Part shown: in pieces, positions 35,226 through 49,617 of the stretch
Layout: each line of letters begins with the position of its first letter
Position numbering within the stretch: the first letter of the stretch is position 1
NCBI RefSeq assembly: GCF_020745735.1
Contig: NW_026869186.1
Coordinates: forward strand, 62,001 to 126,000
Reading direction: 5' to 3'
Origin: Hemiscyllium ocellatum
Taxonomy: Eukaryota
Length of the DNA stretch: 64,000 nt
Notes under the pieces: generated by a model
What the model was told of the DNA's origin: nothing
Database searches by the model: none
The model's input: the letters and a program-made list of their open reading frames with translations, nothing else
Position numbers and translations under genes: made by a program

Positions 35226-35999
35226 TAAGAATTTTAGGACGCAAGCATTTCTTTGTTTTTATTAATGACAGTTTGTTGGAAGAAGCAGGGTTCAAAAATG
35301 TTGTCAAAAAATACAAGTTCCATTTGATTAAGATTCAAATTCATGCGTTTGTTTGAGGCCATTGCTTTAAATGAATTAATATGTTTGGCAGTGGTCTTTC
35401 AAGGCCATATTTCATATGTGGACGATGATCTTTTTCTCCGATCTTACTCAAATTCAGACAAGTAGAGCGATAGAACTATGCAAAATTGGACATGACCAGT
35501 GACCAGACGGTCACTGAATCCTAAGTATGAGGTCTTGTTCAGAATGCTACACCCGATTTAGTTGCAGTCCGATTTACTTTTTTTCTCAAAATCAGGAATG
35601 GGTCAAGGATCACATTAACTTCAAGCCATCTGCTGTTTAAAAATGCAAAACACAAACCGAATTTGCAATTAAACAACTCGCCTCGATACGTAGGTCCACT
35701 TGAAGGTGTCAGAGTTTCTGTGAGGGTTCTAATAGATGCTAAGGGAGTAAGTGTGACAATGAGCGAATGAACCTAAGAAAAAGCGAGGGAAAGTGAGGAC
35801 ATGACAATGAGAGATTGAAAGTTGACACTGATGGGCTGCTAGGGAGAGTGAGGGAGTAAGAGTGACATTGAGGAAGTGTCTCGAATCATACAGTTTGTTG
35901 ACAATGTGTTTGTGTTAAGACCCAACAATAGCAATTTGATGAACTATAAATTATACAAAGAATTGAACAGGAAGGAAAAAAAAAACAAGTATCACTCCC

Positions 36000-36500
36000 G
36001 TCTGCTCTTTGGGGATAATTGAATCGAAGGCTGGTCTGGAGGTTTACGTTCGTTCTTGCCGCTATATGTCATCCTGGACCAAGGTGAAATCCAAATTTCA
36101 GAACGCACTTTCTCTTGTACACTGTAACGTCCAGACAGTACAGAGAAACAATCCAGATTTTGACGTCTTTGACCCGTACAGGAATGTTTACAGGATTCAT
36201 TCAAAATCATACAGTGTCGAATATCATCCACAACTTTTGCACCTGAGCACATACTACACGCATACTGATGCAGGCGCACACCACGCTTTAAACTACCGTG
36301 TGCATCCCAAAATGCAAACAAAATTCAAAGCATTCTGAAATCTCGACCACTATAGAATGAAAACAAAGTATTAAATTATCCAACATTTAAATATCAATGA
36401 GTGCAGTTGTATTCAATTTTTAAAAATGCACAAATACTTACAACACCTGCACCACTTACGGCTTTCATGAAAAGTTGACTTAGTTCAAAGATCGCAGTAT
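36000..36500 (+). mobile_element. Possible L2/Crack-type LINE endonuclease relic
   Basis: LSLVHCNVQTV then, frameshifted, ECLQDSFKII, resembling the APE N-terminal HxNxRSL...FxIIGxSET motifs. Confidence 0.35.
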
Positions 36501-36949
36501 AGATTTCTCTCTCCTTTCCTCACTCACTTACGAACTTTGCTGAACTTCCTTTCTGTCACAGTGTTTAGGTTCTTCGTTATTGTTTCCTCGAAAGAAGAAA
36601 TAGGTTAAGAATAGTTTTGCACTCCAGAACCAGCAATAATATCGTGCACAATCACACGTAAGGAGTTTACATTCATGTATCTCGACTGTGATGCACAGCG
36701 TCTAACCAAATCTACCTATCACTGTCTCGTTTAATTCTGCAGGAGCTCAAAGTGTTAATTACTTTTGAAGTCCTGATCTTCATCGTTTCTCGTTTTGTTA
36801 TTCTTAGTCTTTTTTGCATTCTCGGAGACTTTCTGTGATTTCCAATTAACTTTAAACGTTTTGTCAATTTGTTCACGGACACTTGCGTCTCTACTGTAGA
36901 TCATGGTAGTTTTCTTCATCACCTGTGGATCTTCCTCTGTATTTCTCCA

Positions 36950-37500
36950 TATCTTTATAAACCTCTGTAAAGGTCACGCTTCAGTTTTCTCAAGCTCCAG
37001 GGAAAACAGTCCCAGCCGACTCAACCTCTCCCTCCAGCTCAAACCCTTCCAACTTGGCAACATACGTGTAAATCGTTTCTGCAGCCTTTCACAACATCTG
37101 GAGGGCACAATTACACACAATCTTCCAAAAGTGGCCGAACCAATGTTCTGGAAATGTGCAATATGACGTTCCAACACCTATACCTGATCCTCTGACCAAT
37201 AAAGGGACGCATACCAAATGCCTTCTTCACTATACTATCTCCCTTAGACTCCAGCTTCAAGGCACTCCAGGGTCTCTTTGTTCAGCAACACTCCCCAGGA
37301 CCTTACAATTAAGTGTTTATGTCCTGCCTTGATTTTACTTCTAAAATATAGCATTTTAAGCTTATCTAAATTAAACTTGATGTAGCAACCCCTCGGCACA
37401 TTGGCACATCCGATAAAGTCCAGTTGTATTCTGACATCACCTCCTTTACTGTCCACTGCACCTCTAACTTTGGTGTCATTTGGAAGCTCTCTTCGCTCAA
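36950..37500 (-). mobile_element. CR1 3-prime fragment
   Basis: ERLQKRFTRMLP...RERLSRLGLFSLE. Confidence 0.8.
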
Positions 37501-38559
37501 ATCGGGACATTTTGTTCATATCTCTTCTGATAACATTCTGAAGGCCATCCAATGTACAATTTACCAACACCCTTTCTGGATCACATAGTATTTTTCTTCA
37601 GACATGATCCCTTCTGTAACTTTCTCAGCTGACATGGTCTGATGCATCCCTTAGCGCCCTTCTCTAACCGAGAGGTACAACGGTGAGACACAAGCCTTCG
37701 ACGTGAGAATTCTCATTGGGCCCACTGTCGCGCTGTGTGGCTTAAACCTCCATGGTGAGGACTAGGTCTTTCAATTATCCACTGAACACAGCACAACGAT
37801 CTTCTCCTTCTCAGTACTTTGCGGACTGTAACTCACAATTGGGATCAGAAATAGGGTTTTCCCTCGACCTAAAGGGTGACAATATTAAATACATTCACCC
37901 GAATAGTGTGCACATCGCCGAAACTGGAATGATGCAGTGTCCTGCTCACTGAGCCAATTGGCTGGGGCACAGTCGAAGAGCAGCTTTAAGTTAAGACTTC
38001 AGAATTACAATCGATCATTTTTCGAACTCTTGACCACAAGTACGTGAGAGAGTAGAGATGATTCAGTGTCTAGCTTCATTGTGGTGCCAGTCTCCATTTT
38101 AATATTTTGCTCATATTGAAAGAGGGGTTAATGACACTGTAGTATCATCAGTTGCGACATGGCATTTTCAGATTTTCCTGATGCAAAACCTGCAATGCAA
38201 CTTTTTAATTGTTCCTTCCACCCTAATCAATATGTGTACTCTTTTAAAACACCACATTTGTGATGGTTATCCTTCTAGAAGGCCCTTGGTTCCTCATGAT
38301 GTTTACGAGGTATTTCAATCACAAGGCCTTGGGATTTTACAATTCACATTAATTCACATTCCAAAGTTAATGGCTATATTACTTCGAGTATTTCCAAACT
38401 TTGCTTATCTCTCAGGACTCTTCGAATGATGCCATGCATTTTATTCATTAATAAACCTGTATGATGATGTTACCCATTTTATATTCCCACTGTTCTAATC
38501 ACTACCGATAAAGAGAAGGTAGTTTGAACTATAACCGCTTTCATTTTATTAATATTAGT

Positions 38560-41500
38560 GCTGATGCAATATTCTCCACTTCATATTCATCATCCCTTTG
38601 TCTATTCTATTCTACAGTCCACGCAAACCTCTCTATCACAGGAAAAATGTGCAGCCCATACCAATTCTCTATACCAGGCATAATCTCCAGGGAACACTAT
38701 TCTCCCCATCCTGGTAATATTTTCCGTTCCACACCAACTTCTCTGCCTGTAGTATTTTCTAGTTCATAAAATCCTCTATGCCCATGTTACATTCGGGGGT
38801 CAATATGAAACTCTCTATCCCTGTAATATTCTCCAGTCCATACAACACTTAGCAAGCGTGTAACTTCTGCCAGTTCATACCATCATCTCTCTAAAACTCT
38901 GCCAATCATAGTTTTCTCCCCATCACTGTAATATTCTCCACTCAGTACCAAACCGCCTGTTCCGGTAGCATTCTCTAATCCATAACTTTCTCCCTATCCT
39001 GAAACATTCTCCAGTTCATACCATCCTCGATTTGCCTGTAACATTTTCGAGTCCATATCACTCTTTCCCTCTGTGTGATATCTTGGATTCTGTGTACACG
39101 GGACATTCCGCAGTTCATACTATCTTCCCTATCCCTCTAACATTCTCAAGTCGAGACCACTCTTCCTATTCCCGTAATATTCTCCACGCCGCATCATATT
39201 CCATTTCCCTATAATATCCTTAAGTGCATACTATCCAACCAATCCATGTAATTACCTGCAGTCCATAGCAATCTTCCTACCCTTGACACATTCTCCACTT
39301 CATCGCATCCGCCCTATCACTGTTACTTTCTCAACTCCCTACCACTCTCCCTGTCATGTAACCAGGCTCCAGTCAGCAACACCTTTCGAATTTCTGTAGC
39401 ATTCTCCTGCCCACGCTGTCTTTCCAATAACTCTAACATTTGGCAGTCTATACAAATTGCGCTATCCCTGCAACTTCCTTCAGCAACATCATTCTCGCTA
39501 TTGCCATCCCAAATTCGCTACCTCAGTTACAATTTCCCGACCATGCTATCCTCCCGATCCTTGCAACATTGTGCATACCACACCATTCGACCAATGACTC
39601 TTACGTTCTGCTGTCCATAACACCCTCCCTGTCCTGTTAACATTCTCCACAGCATATCATCCACGCAATTCCTGCCATATTCTCGAATCCATATCATCCT
39701 TCCTACCCCTGTGATTTTCGCATTCTAATCTATCATTCCTCTACGTGTTTTCTGCAGTCGATGACATTCAGCCAATCCCAGCATTACTTTGAAGTCTATT
39801 CCAACCACTGTAACATTCTCAAGTCGATAACATCTTCCCTTATCACATCATATTCACCACACCATAGCATTCTCAATATCACTGAAATGCTCTCCAGTCC
39901 ATGCCATTCACCCGATACAAATGGTGCTTTCCATTACATACCATTCTGCATACCCCTATACATTTCTCCAGTCCAATACATTCTCCCAATCCCAGTAATT
40001 TGCTCCCTCTGTATCATTTTGCCTATGTCTGTAAAATTCTCCACTCCATCCCATTTCACTACAACTGCAAAAGCATCGAGTCCATACCATCTTCCCTGTC
40101 CCTGTAATATTCAATTTCCCGTATCAAAATCACTGTCCCTGTAACATTCTTCAGTTCATATCATCGCCTGATTCATCAGTCCAGACCACACCACCTTCTC
40201 TATCCGAGTAGCATCATCCAGACTATATCATATTCCCATCCTTACTACCTTGTATTCTCTAACGCATATCATCTTCCCATCCCTGTCACATTCTCCACTC
40301 AACACCATTTTCCATGTACATGCAACATTCTCCAATCCATACCATCTTCAATATACCTGCAATATTCTAGAGTTCATAGCATCCTTCACATTCCTGTAAT
40401 ATTATCAGTTCAATTCCGTCCTCTCCATACGTGTGATATTCTGCAGTCCATGCCATCCTCCCTACCCATGTAACATTCTCAAATAATTACACTTATCCCT
40501 ATTCCTGTAATATATTGCACAGCATGCTATTCTTCAGATCCCTCTAATATTCTCCAATGCATAAGAACCACCCAATCCATGTAATTACCTGCAGATCATA
40601 CCAATCCTCCTAACCCTGAAATATTCGCCACTGGATAACATCCTCCTATCATTGTCACATTCTCCACTCTGTCCCATTCTCCTTGGCACGTTAACAGTCT
40701 CCAGTTCTTACCATCCTGCCTAATTCCGGTAATATTCTCCAATCCACACCAGCTTTCCTATCACTGTAACATTCTACAGGCCCTGGCTTCATCAGTCACC
40801 CTGTAACGTTTTTCAATGCATAGCATTTTTACCAATTCCTCCGATTTTCTGCAGAACGTGCGACCGTCGCGATCCATGCATCATTCTTCAGTTGACAACA
40901 TTCTACCGATCACAATAACATTCTCCGAGCCGTACCTACCTCGCTATTCATTTAATATTATCTGACACATGCCTTCTCCTTATCGCTGGACCATTCTCCA
41001 GTATAGCCAATAGACCATTTCTCTATTCGTGTAATATTCTCTAGTTCATACAATCATTCCCTCTCCATAGAATAGTCAACAGTCACAGTTCCGGTAATAT
41101 TCTTCACTCCTTAGTATGGTCCCTGCCCCTGTCACATTATCCATTCCAATCATTTTGTGCCTGTAAAATCCTCCAGTCCGTAAAATATTCCCATCCCTGT
41201 GAAATTCTCCAGTCCAAGCAAGCCTCCCTATCCTTGCAATATTCAATGGTCCATCCTCCACTTCATACCTTTCTCAGTATTCCAGTGACATTCTCCACTA
41301 AAAACCATCCTCCATATCCCTGTAATATTCTGTATTGCACATCAGCCTCACACTCTCTGTAAATTTCTCCAGTCCATAAAATTTTCCCTATCCCTGCAAA
41401 TTTCTCCATCATCTGACAAACTACCTGCCGCTGCAGTTTTCCACACGGTTTACCATCCACCCTCTCCCTGCCGTTTTCTGCAATTCGTACACTCCTCACT

Positions 41501-43050
41501 ATCCCTGCAACATTCTGCAGTACATACTATTCTCTGGATCTCTGTAACAGTCTTTACCAGCTCAGTAGCCCTTAAACAGTGGACAATTACTATCATCCCC
41601 ATCCCTGTCGTATTATCCAGTCCATAAATTACGATTAATCCGTGCAATATTCTCCATCCTTATGTGACTGTAGCATTCAGCAGTCCATACCATCCTCTGC
41701 ATTCCTTTGAGATTCTCCACTACATCATATCCTAACTATCACTGTAGTATTCTCCAGTCCATACCATCTTTCCTCTACCTGTAATATTCCACAGACTCTC
41801 CCACCCTATCTATTGCTGTAACATTCGCCAATCCACCCAATAAACCCTATCACTGGGACATTGTACAGTCAGTCTCATCTTCGCAATTGTTGTAACATTC
41901 TTCAGTCCATGTCATCCTCCCAAATCCTTTAATATTGCGCAGTCCGTACCACTGTGCCTAAGCCTATAACATTCTGCAGACATTGCCATCTTCTCCATCC
42001 TTGTAATATTCTCCTAACGATACCATCTTCCATATTCGCTTTTATTCTCCCATGCATATCATCTTTCCTACCTGTAATATTCTCCACTTTTTACCACTTT
42101 CCCTATCTCTATAATATTCTCCAGTCCCTATCATCCTCTCTTGCCCTGCAATATTCTTAAATCCACATCAATCTCCCTCTCCCAATTATATTCTGCACTC
42201 CACACAACATTGCCTACACTTCGAGAGTTGTGCAATTCTTACCATCCTCCCTTTCCCTGTAACATTCTTCCGTCCATATCCTCCTCCCTATCCTTGGAAT
42301 TACTTTTAGGCAATATCATGTCACCATTCCTTGCTCTCTTGACCAAACGATAACAACCTCTCTATTCCTGTAATATTCTGATGTCCACAGGATTCTCTCT
42401 ATCCCTGTAAAATTTCTGCATTCTATGCCATTCTCCTTATCCCTGTAATACTCTCTTGTGCATTCTAGCCCCTCGATCTCTGAAAGGTTCGCCAGTCCAT
42501 GCCACCACACTTCCCTGCGACATTCTGTAATCCGTGCCTTCCTCCGCCTCCCTGTGACATTCTCCACTCCACACTAGCTCCCTAGCTGCATGGTATTCTC
42601 CAGTCCATAAGCTCCTCCCTATCCGTGTAACATTCCCCAGCCCGTACCAATCTCCCTATCATTGTGATCTTCTCAAGATGGTAATCGTTGGGGATTACCA
42701 TCCTATATTTCCCTGTCACATTTTTCAAGCCGTACCATCCTCCTTATTAATTTAATATTATGTAACACATAGCGTTTTCACTAACCCTGGACAATTCTCC
42801 AGTCCATTCCATTCTCCCTATTCCTGCAATATTCTACACTTCATAGCATCACACCGATCTAAAGAATCTTCTATAGTCATGGTCATTGTCATATTCGTAA
42901 GTCCATACCATCCATATGCCCTCCTCTCTATCCCTGCAACATTCTTAAGTCCATACCAACATCCTTGTCCGTGTAACATTCTCCAGTCAATACATTCTTC
43001 CAATCCCTGCAATTTTCGCCAACCCATACCGCTCTCCGTATCCCTGTAGC
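38560..43050. repeat. Degenerate 37-bp minisatellite array (~120 units)
   Basis: Consensus approximately ATCCCTGTAACATTCTCCAGTCCATACCATCCTCCCT; e.g. CTGTA motifs at 41742 and 41779 are 37 bp apart. Confidence 0.9.
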
Positions 43051-43059
43051 TTCGCCAAT

Positions 43060-43490
43060 TGGCTGGCGTGAAGGCAAATTAGTGAGTTAAAAATTTACGT
43101 CGTGGGATCAGCACCCTTCATTTTTTGTCCAACAGGGAGAGTGAAGGGAACATCTGCCTGGAGGCTAAAGAGGTAGGAGAGTCCCAAATTTATTTATTTT
43201 GCTTCAATGTTCACGAGAGGGAGGCGCTATTTTGACAGGGACCACGTGTTATGCTTGAACAGACTCATATTAAGGAAGTGGATGTGCTGGAACCTCTACG
43301 TAACTCTGCAGGTCCAGACTAGATATGAACAAGGTTATTACCGGATGCGAGGAATGAGATGGCTGTGACTCTGGTCGTCATCTTTGCCTCCTCACTCGAC
43401 ACGGGAGTAGTGCCGCCTGAGTGGAGAGTGGTGAATGCTGTCCCTATGTCAAGGAAGGGAACCGAAGAATCCCTGGGAATTGCAGACAAG
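43060..43490 (+). mobile_element. CR1 ORF2 fragment
   Basis: IFASSLDTGVVPPEWRVVNAVP motif. Confidence 0.8.
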
Positions 43491-43671
43491 TCTAAATTAA
43501 ATTGTGTGGCATCTATGTGCATGGACACGAATATCCCGCTGTTCCTCCACACTGCCAACATTACTGTATTTACCACTAAAAACAACATGCAAATTGCAAC
43601 TTTCCAAAATGAATCACTTCACTTTTATCCAGGGTGATTTTCATCTAACTCTTCTCAAACCAACTCTGCAT

Positions 43672-46600
43672 CATAGAACATCGAACACAGAAAGATACAG
43701 CAGAGACCAGGCCCTTTTTGCCCCACGATGTTGTGCCGAGGTTAAATCCTCACCTGAAATATAGTAACTTAACCTACGCACCGCTCAACTCACTGCTATC
43801 CTTGTGCATGTCCAGCAGTCGCTTAAAGTCTCCAAAGACTCTGCTTCCACAACCACAGCTGGCAATGCATTCCATGCATTCACAGCTCTCAGTGTAAAGC
43901 ACGTACCTCTGACGTCTCCTTTAAAACTTCCTCCTAATATCTTCAAATATGACTCCTCAAACCAGTCAAACCTGCCCTGGGGAATTCAAACTATCTGTTC
44001 CACACATTATCTTGTATACCTCGATCAAGTCTCCTCTCGTCCTCTTCCTCTCCAGAAAGAAAAGTCCGAACTTATTGAACCTTTCCTCATAAGGCAAGTC
44101 TCCAGTCCAGGCAGCAGCCTGGTAAACTTTCTTTGCACATTCTCCAAAGCCCCTGTGTCTTTCCTACAGTCGTGCGACCAGAACTGGACACAGTATCCCA
44201 AGTGTGCTCTCACCAGGGACTTGTAGATCTCCAGCAAAACTTCGTGCCTCTTAACCCGAACCCCCTGTTAATGAAAGCCAAAAAAACATATGCTTTCTTA
44301 ACAACCTTATCTATTTGGGTGGCAACTTTGAGCGATCTATGTCCTTGCACACCCAGATCATTCTGTTCCTCAAGACTGCCAAGAATCCTGACTTTAATCC
44401 TATATTCTGCATTCGCGTTCGACCTTCCAAAATATATCACTTCGCATTTATCCAGGTTGAACACCATCTGCCATTTCTCAGCCCAGCTCTGAATCCTGTC
44501 TGTGTCGCGCTGCAGTCAGCAGTTGCCCTCGATAGCAAGGACGACATCTCCAACCTTTGTGTCATCTGCAAATTTATGAAATCATCCCTCAACCTTCTCA
44601 TACAAGATATTTATAAAATCGCCAAAGAGCAGAAACCCGAAAACAGAGCCCTGCCGAACACCACTCAACACTGACCTCCCAGCAGAACACTTTCCATCTA
44701 CAACTACTCTCTGCCTTCTGTCAGCCAGCCAATTCGGAATCCAAATGTCAGAAGCGCCCTGTATCCCATACTTCCTGACTTTATGAATGAGACTGCGATG
44801 GGGATCCTTCGTAAATGACTTGCTGAAATCCACATACACCACAGCCACTGCTCGACCTTCATCGACCTGTATTGCCACCTCCTCAAAGAACTCAGTAAGA
44901 TTTGTAAGGGTGACTTGCGCCTCTCAAAGTCATGCTGACTGCTTTTAATCACACTCTGCTTTGCCACATAGTTATGAAACCTATACTGAAGCATTTGCTG
45001 ACCACAGACGTAAGACTGTTTGGACGGTAATTGCTAGGGACTTTCCTATTATCCTTCTTGAAAGGACGAAGAACATTCACCTCCTTCCAATCCTCCAGTT
45101 CGACTCCCATGGAGAGTGGGGAGGCAAATATCCTCGCTAGCGGCTTAGCAAACTCCTTTCTCATTCCCCCGGAGCGGCTAAGGATAAATCTAGTTTGGCC
45201 CTGGGGACTTATCACTCTTAATATTTTCCAAAATGTCCTGCACATCAACTTCATCAATCTTGATCTGGTCAAGACTGTATCCCAGCTCCTCAAAGTTTTC
45301 ATTTACAAGAAGTTCCCTTTCCTTGGTGAACACCAAAGCCAAAAACTTCCCCGCTCTCCTCAGACTCCACGCACAAGTTACCTCCGCTGTTCCTGATCAG
45401 CTCCACCTTCTTCCTGATCATTGTCTTATTCCTTACGTATGAGTAAAATGCCTTTGAGTTGTCCCTACTGTTTCTTGCCAAGCCTTTTTCATACCCCATT
45501 GCCTCTCCTCAACCCATTTCTGAACTCCTTTCCATCAAGCCTGAAATCCTCTTAAGCTGAGCTAACTACTTCCATCCTCCACCTTACGTAAGATGCCTTC
45601 TTCCTTTTGACGAAAACTTTCTCTGTGCTCGTCAGCCAAGGTTCTTTACTCGTTCCTCTTCTTGCCTGTCTCAGAGGAACAAATCTGTACATCACTCGCA
45701 ACAGCTGTTCCTTAAATACTCTCCACATGTCTGCTGTGCCTTTTCTGTGGAACAATTGTTCCCAGTCTGAAATTCCCAACTCCTGTCTCATAGCGTCACA
45801 ATTTCCTTTAACCCAATTAAACATCTTTCCTCGGTAACTGCTCCTTTCACTCACCAAGGCTATGCTAAATGTAAGGCTGTTATGGTCACTGTCAGAAAAA
45901 AATGCTCTCCCACCGCGAGATCTGACACCTGTCCTGGCTCGTTGCCGAGCACCAAATGCAATATGGCCTCTCTCTTATCTGTCTGTCGACATACTGAGTA
46001 AGAAACCCCTTCTGAACGCACGTGACAAAAACAACTCCATCCAAACCATTTGGACTTAGAAATTTCTCATAACAACAACCCTGATACATCTGCACTTTTC
46101 CAGAATCTGCCAGCCTATGATTTCTTCAATCCCCCTACTGCTATTAGGTGGTCTGTAGAAAACCCCCAGTGCGGTGGCTATTTCCTTGCGGTTCCTAACT
46201 TCCACCCATAGTGACTCAGAATACAAACCTTCCTCAACAACTTTCGTTTCTGTAGCTGTGATGCACTGTCTGATTATCAATGCTACACCCCCTCCTCTTT
46301 TTCCACCCTCGCTGTTCTTTTTAAACGTTCTAAACCCGGGAACATCAAGCAACCATGCATGCCCTTGTGAAACCCATGTCGCCGTTCTGGACACAACATC
46401 GCAGCTCCAAGTACTGATCGATGCTCTAAGCTCGTCGCTCTTATTTCGGACACTCCTTGCATTAAAACAGACCCACTTTAACCGACCCCTTTGTTTCATC
46501 ATGTGAGGAACCTTCCTGATAGTTTCAAAGATAGTTTCGGACATTTCAAAATGTCCGATCTGCAACTGACACCCTCTCAGGCATGAGGCTCTGATTCCTC

Positions 46601-47040
46601 TCTCCCCACGCCCGCCAAAATAGCTTAAACCCTCTCAAATAACACGAGCAAATCTCCCACTCAGGACACTTGTGCCCCTCCAGTTCATGTGCAACCCCTC
46701 CACCATGTATAGGTCCCACCTTCTCCAGAACATATCCAAATGGTCTAGGTTTCTGAAGACCACACGACTGCACCAGCCTCGCAGCAATACGTTAAGCAGC
46801 ATTGGCTGACTGTTCCTCATCTCATTATTTCGTGGCACTGGTAGTAAATCTGAGATCACTATTTTTCTCGTCCTAATCTTCAGATTCCAAACTAACTCTC
46901 TGTAGTCACATTTCAGATCCTCAATCCCTTTCCTGGCTATATCATTGGTGCCAATAGGTACCACGATTTCTGGCTGCTTACCCTCACCATTCATAATCTA
47001 GTAAACCCGATCGGTGACATCCCGGATATACCTTCCGTGA
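43672..47040 (-). mobile_element. Near full-length CR1 LINE (ORF1 esterase, endonuclease, RT), disrupted
   Basis: ORF1 VVPIGTNDI...GLHMN (SGNH esterase, 46635-46994); APE FNARSVRNK...GGGVAL...GVFYRPP (46056-46565); RT VYVDFSK...SGVRQGSV; 3-prime tail at 43672. Confidence 0.93.
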
Positions 47041-49380
47041 GTGCCATTCCTGATCACAAAATCTCCTGTCAATCATGTCAATGTCATATTGCAGCCTGCA
47101 AATGTCGTCGAACTGTTTACCCCACCAAACTGTGTGTCATTAGCTAACTTTCTAACCCACCCTTCCACTCTTCAGCTCAGTCATTTAAAAAAAATTACAA
47201 CGAGCAGAAGCCCAAGAGCAGATGGGACGCCACTGATCACTGACTTCCACACAGAATAACTTCACTCTATCGTCACTCACTGTCTTCTTTCAGCCAGCAA
47301 AGTCTGTCTCCAGGCAGTCAATTTTTCTTGCATCCCGTGCTTCCTAACTGTTTGAATGAGCTTACCCTGGGGAAGCTTGTACAATGCCTTATTGAAATTC
47401 ATATACACCACATCCACTGCTCACCTTCATCAAGTTGACTTCTCACATTCTCAAAGAAGTCACTAAGGTCTCATGCTGAATATGTTTATTTCCAAAACGT
47501 GAAGGGCTTATTCCCAAAATGTCGATTCTCCTGCTCCTTGGATGCTGCCTTACCTGCTGCGCTTTTCCAGCAACACCTTTTTCAGCACATATGTAAGACT
47601 GACTGGTTTGTAATTCGCAGGAATTTCTGTATTCTCGTTCATGAACAGAGAACCAACATTCGCTCCAACCAATCAGCTATTAATACTTCCAGAGACGCAG
47701 ATCATCGCCAGAGGCGCAACGGTTTTATTCCTCAATTCCTCTATTATCTTAGATACAGCTGGTCCAGCCATGCTGAATATCTACTTTGATACTTCCTAGC
47801 ATCTCCAACACATTATCTACCTTAATATCAACATGTTAAGCTTATTAGCCTGGTCCACTGTATTCTCATGAACAACAACGTCCATCTCTCTATGGAATAC
47901 TATAGCAAAAAAATCAGTAATGGCCTCCCCTACCTGTTCATCCTCCGGCACATGTTCCCTCCACTCTCCCAGATCGGCCCTCCCCTCTCCATGATCTTTT
48001 ATTCCTCATGAAGATTTAGAACACCGAGTATTTTATCTAATCCTTTCCTCCAAGGCTGTTTTCAAGCCCCTCCGAGCTCTCCTCCGCTTCTTTAGAACAT
48101 AGAACATAGAACATAGAAAAATACAGCGCAGTACAGGCCCTTCGGCCCTCGATGTTGCGCCGATCCAAGCCCACCTAACCTACACTAGCCCACTTTCCTC
48201 CATATGCCTATCCAATGCCCGATTAAATGCCTATAAAGAGGGAGAGTCCACCACTGTTACTGGCAGGGCATTCCATGAACTCACGACTCGCTGAGTGAAA
48301 TTTCTGAGTTATTTCCGAGCTACCTTGTCATGCTCTGAAGCAGAAGCCGATCCTTGCTTCCTCCCACCTTAAGTAAGCTTAGTTTTTCCTTTCGACGAGA
48401 ATTTCCTTTATTCTTGTTACCCAAGCTTCCTTTGTCTTACCATTCCTTGCCGATCAAAGTTGGACAAGGTTATTCAGTACTCGGAACAAGTGCTCCTGAA
48501 ACAGTCTCCACGTTTCAGATGTGAATTTCCCGGAGAACATTTGCTCCTGATTTATACACCAGGACTCCTACTTAAGAGCACGATATTTCCTCTAACGCAA
48601 CTAACTAACTACCTACGCTGCTCTACATCACTATGGTAATTTGAGGCAGTTGTCGTCTCTGTCAGTGAAACGATCTTCCACAGAGAGATCCGGCATCTGA
48701 CCTGGCACCTTGACAAACACCATATACAATATAGCCTCCCCCAAATGGCCTATCTACATCCTGATTCCGGAATTCCTCCTGGACACAACTGACAGAATTG
48801 TCTTCATTCAGACTATAGGCACTGAGGAGGTTCCAAATATTTTGCGGAAGTTGAAGTCACCATTAATAACAATTCTGTTACATTTGCACCTTTCCAAGAT
48901 CTGCTGTACAATTTGTTCTTCCATCTCTCTGCTGCCATTGGGGAATGCCCGGAGGTGTGGAGTCTCTAGAAAACACCCAATAAAATGACGGTTCCTTTCC
49001 TGTTACTGACTTGCACTGATACTGTCTCAGTAGACAAACCCTCTTCAACGTTCTCCTCTTCTGCAGCTGTCATCATGTCTCCAATTAAGAATGTTATTGC
49101 TCATCCTCTTTCACCCATCTCCTTGTTCTTTTTAACAGAACTCAATCCTGGATCATCCATCAACCATGACTGCCCCTGTAAAATCCGTGCCTCTGTATGG
49201 CCATAGCACAGTCGTTCCAGGTACTGATTCATGATCAAACTTCTGCACGGCAATCCATAAAACGTCGTGCATTGAAACAGGCACACTTCAACCTACCCAT
49301 TTTCCCAATCAATTTTGTATACTTCCTGATAGAGTTTCTGCATTTTATTTCAACCCGATGGAGAACTATCCGTGTCTCTT
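47040..49380 (-). mobile_element. Older CR1 ORF2 remnant with nested pLTR (~47495-47587) and a young CR1 3-prime end
   Basis: Endonuclease relic 49100-49290, RT relic 47040-47480. Confidence 0.75.
48092..48300 (-). mobile_element. Young CR1 3-prime end
   Basis: (AGAACAT)3 tail and 3-prime UTR matching the reverse complement of 11110-11167. Confidence 0.9.
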
Positions 49381-49514
49381 TCCATAATGTCTTTGAAGCA
49401 CAGAATTATAGTCTCTGTCCACAAAAAAGAACAACTACAGGAATGATTTTTTCTATCATCTTGTCCGGTATCAATACTCCACTCTATCTCTATAACATTG
49501 TTCAGCCGTTTGCG

Positions 49515-49617
49515 AAAGTGAGGTCTGCAGATGCTAGAGTTGAGAGTGTGGTTCTGGAAAAAAAACAGCTGCTGAGGAGGACGAAAATAAACGTTTCGGC
49601 AAAAAACCCTTCCTGCA
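49515..49617. mobile_element. pLTR left arm bordering the GA satellite
   Basis: AAAGTGAGGTCTGCAGATGCT...GGAAAA...AACGTTTCGGCAAAAAACCCTTC. Confidence 0.7.

Noticed and set aside
38560-43050. CRISPR-like periodic array and short ORFs
   Set aside because: Head-to-tail degenerate monomers with no unique spacers, no cas genes, and eukaryotic context.
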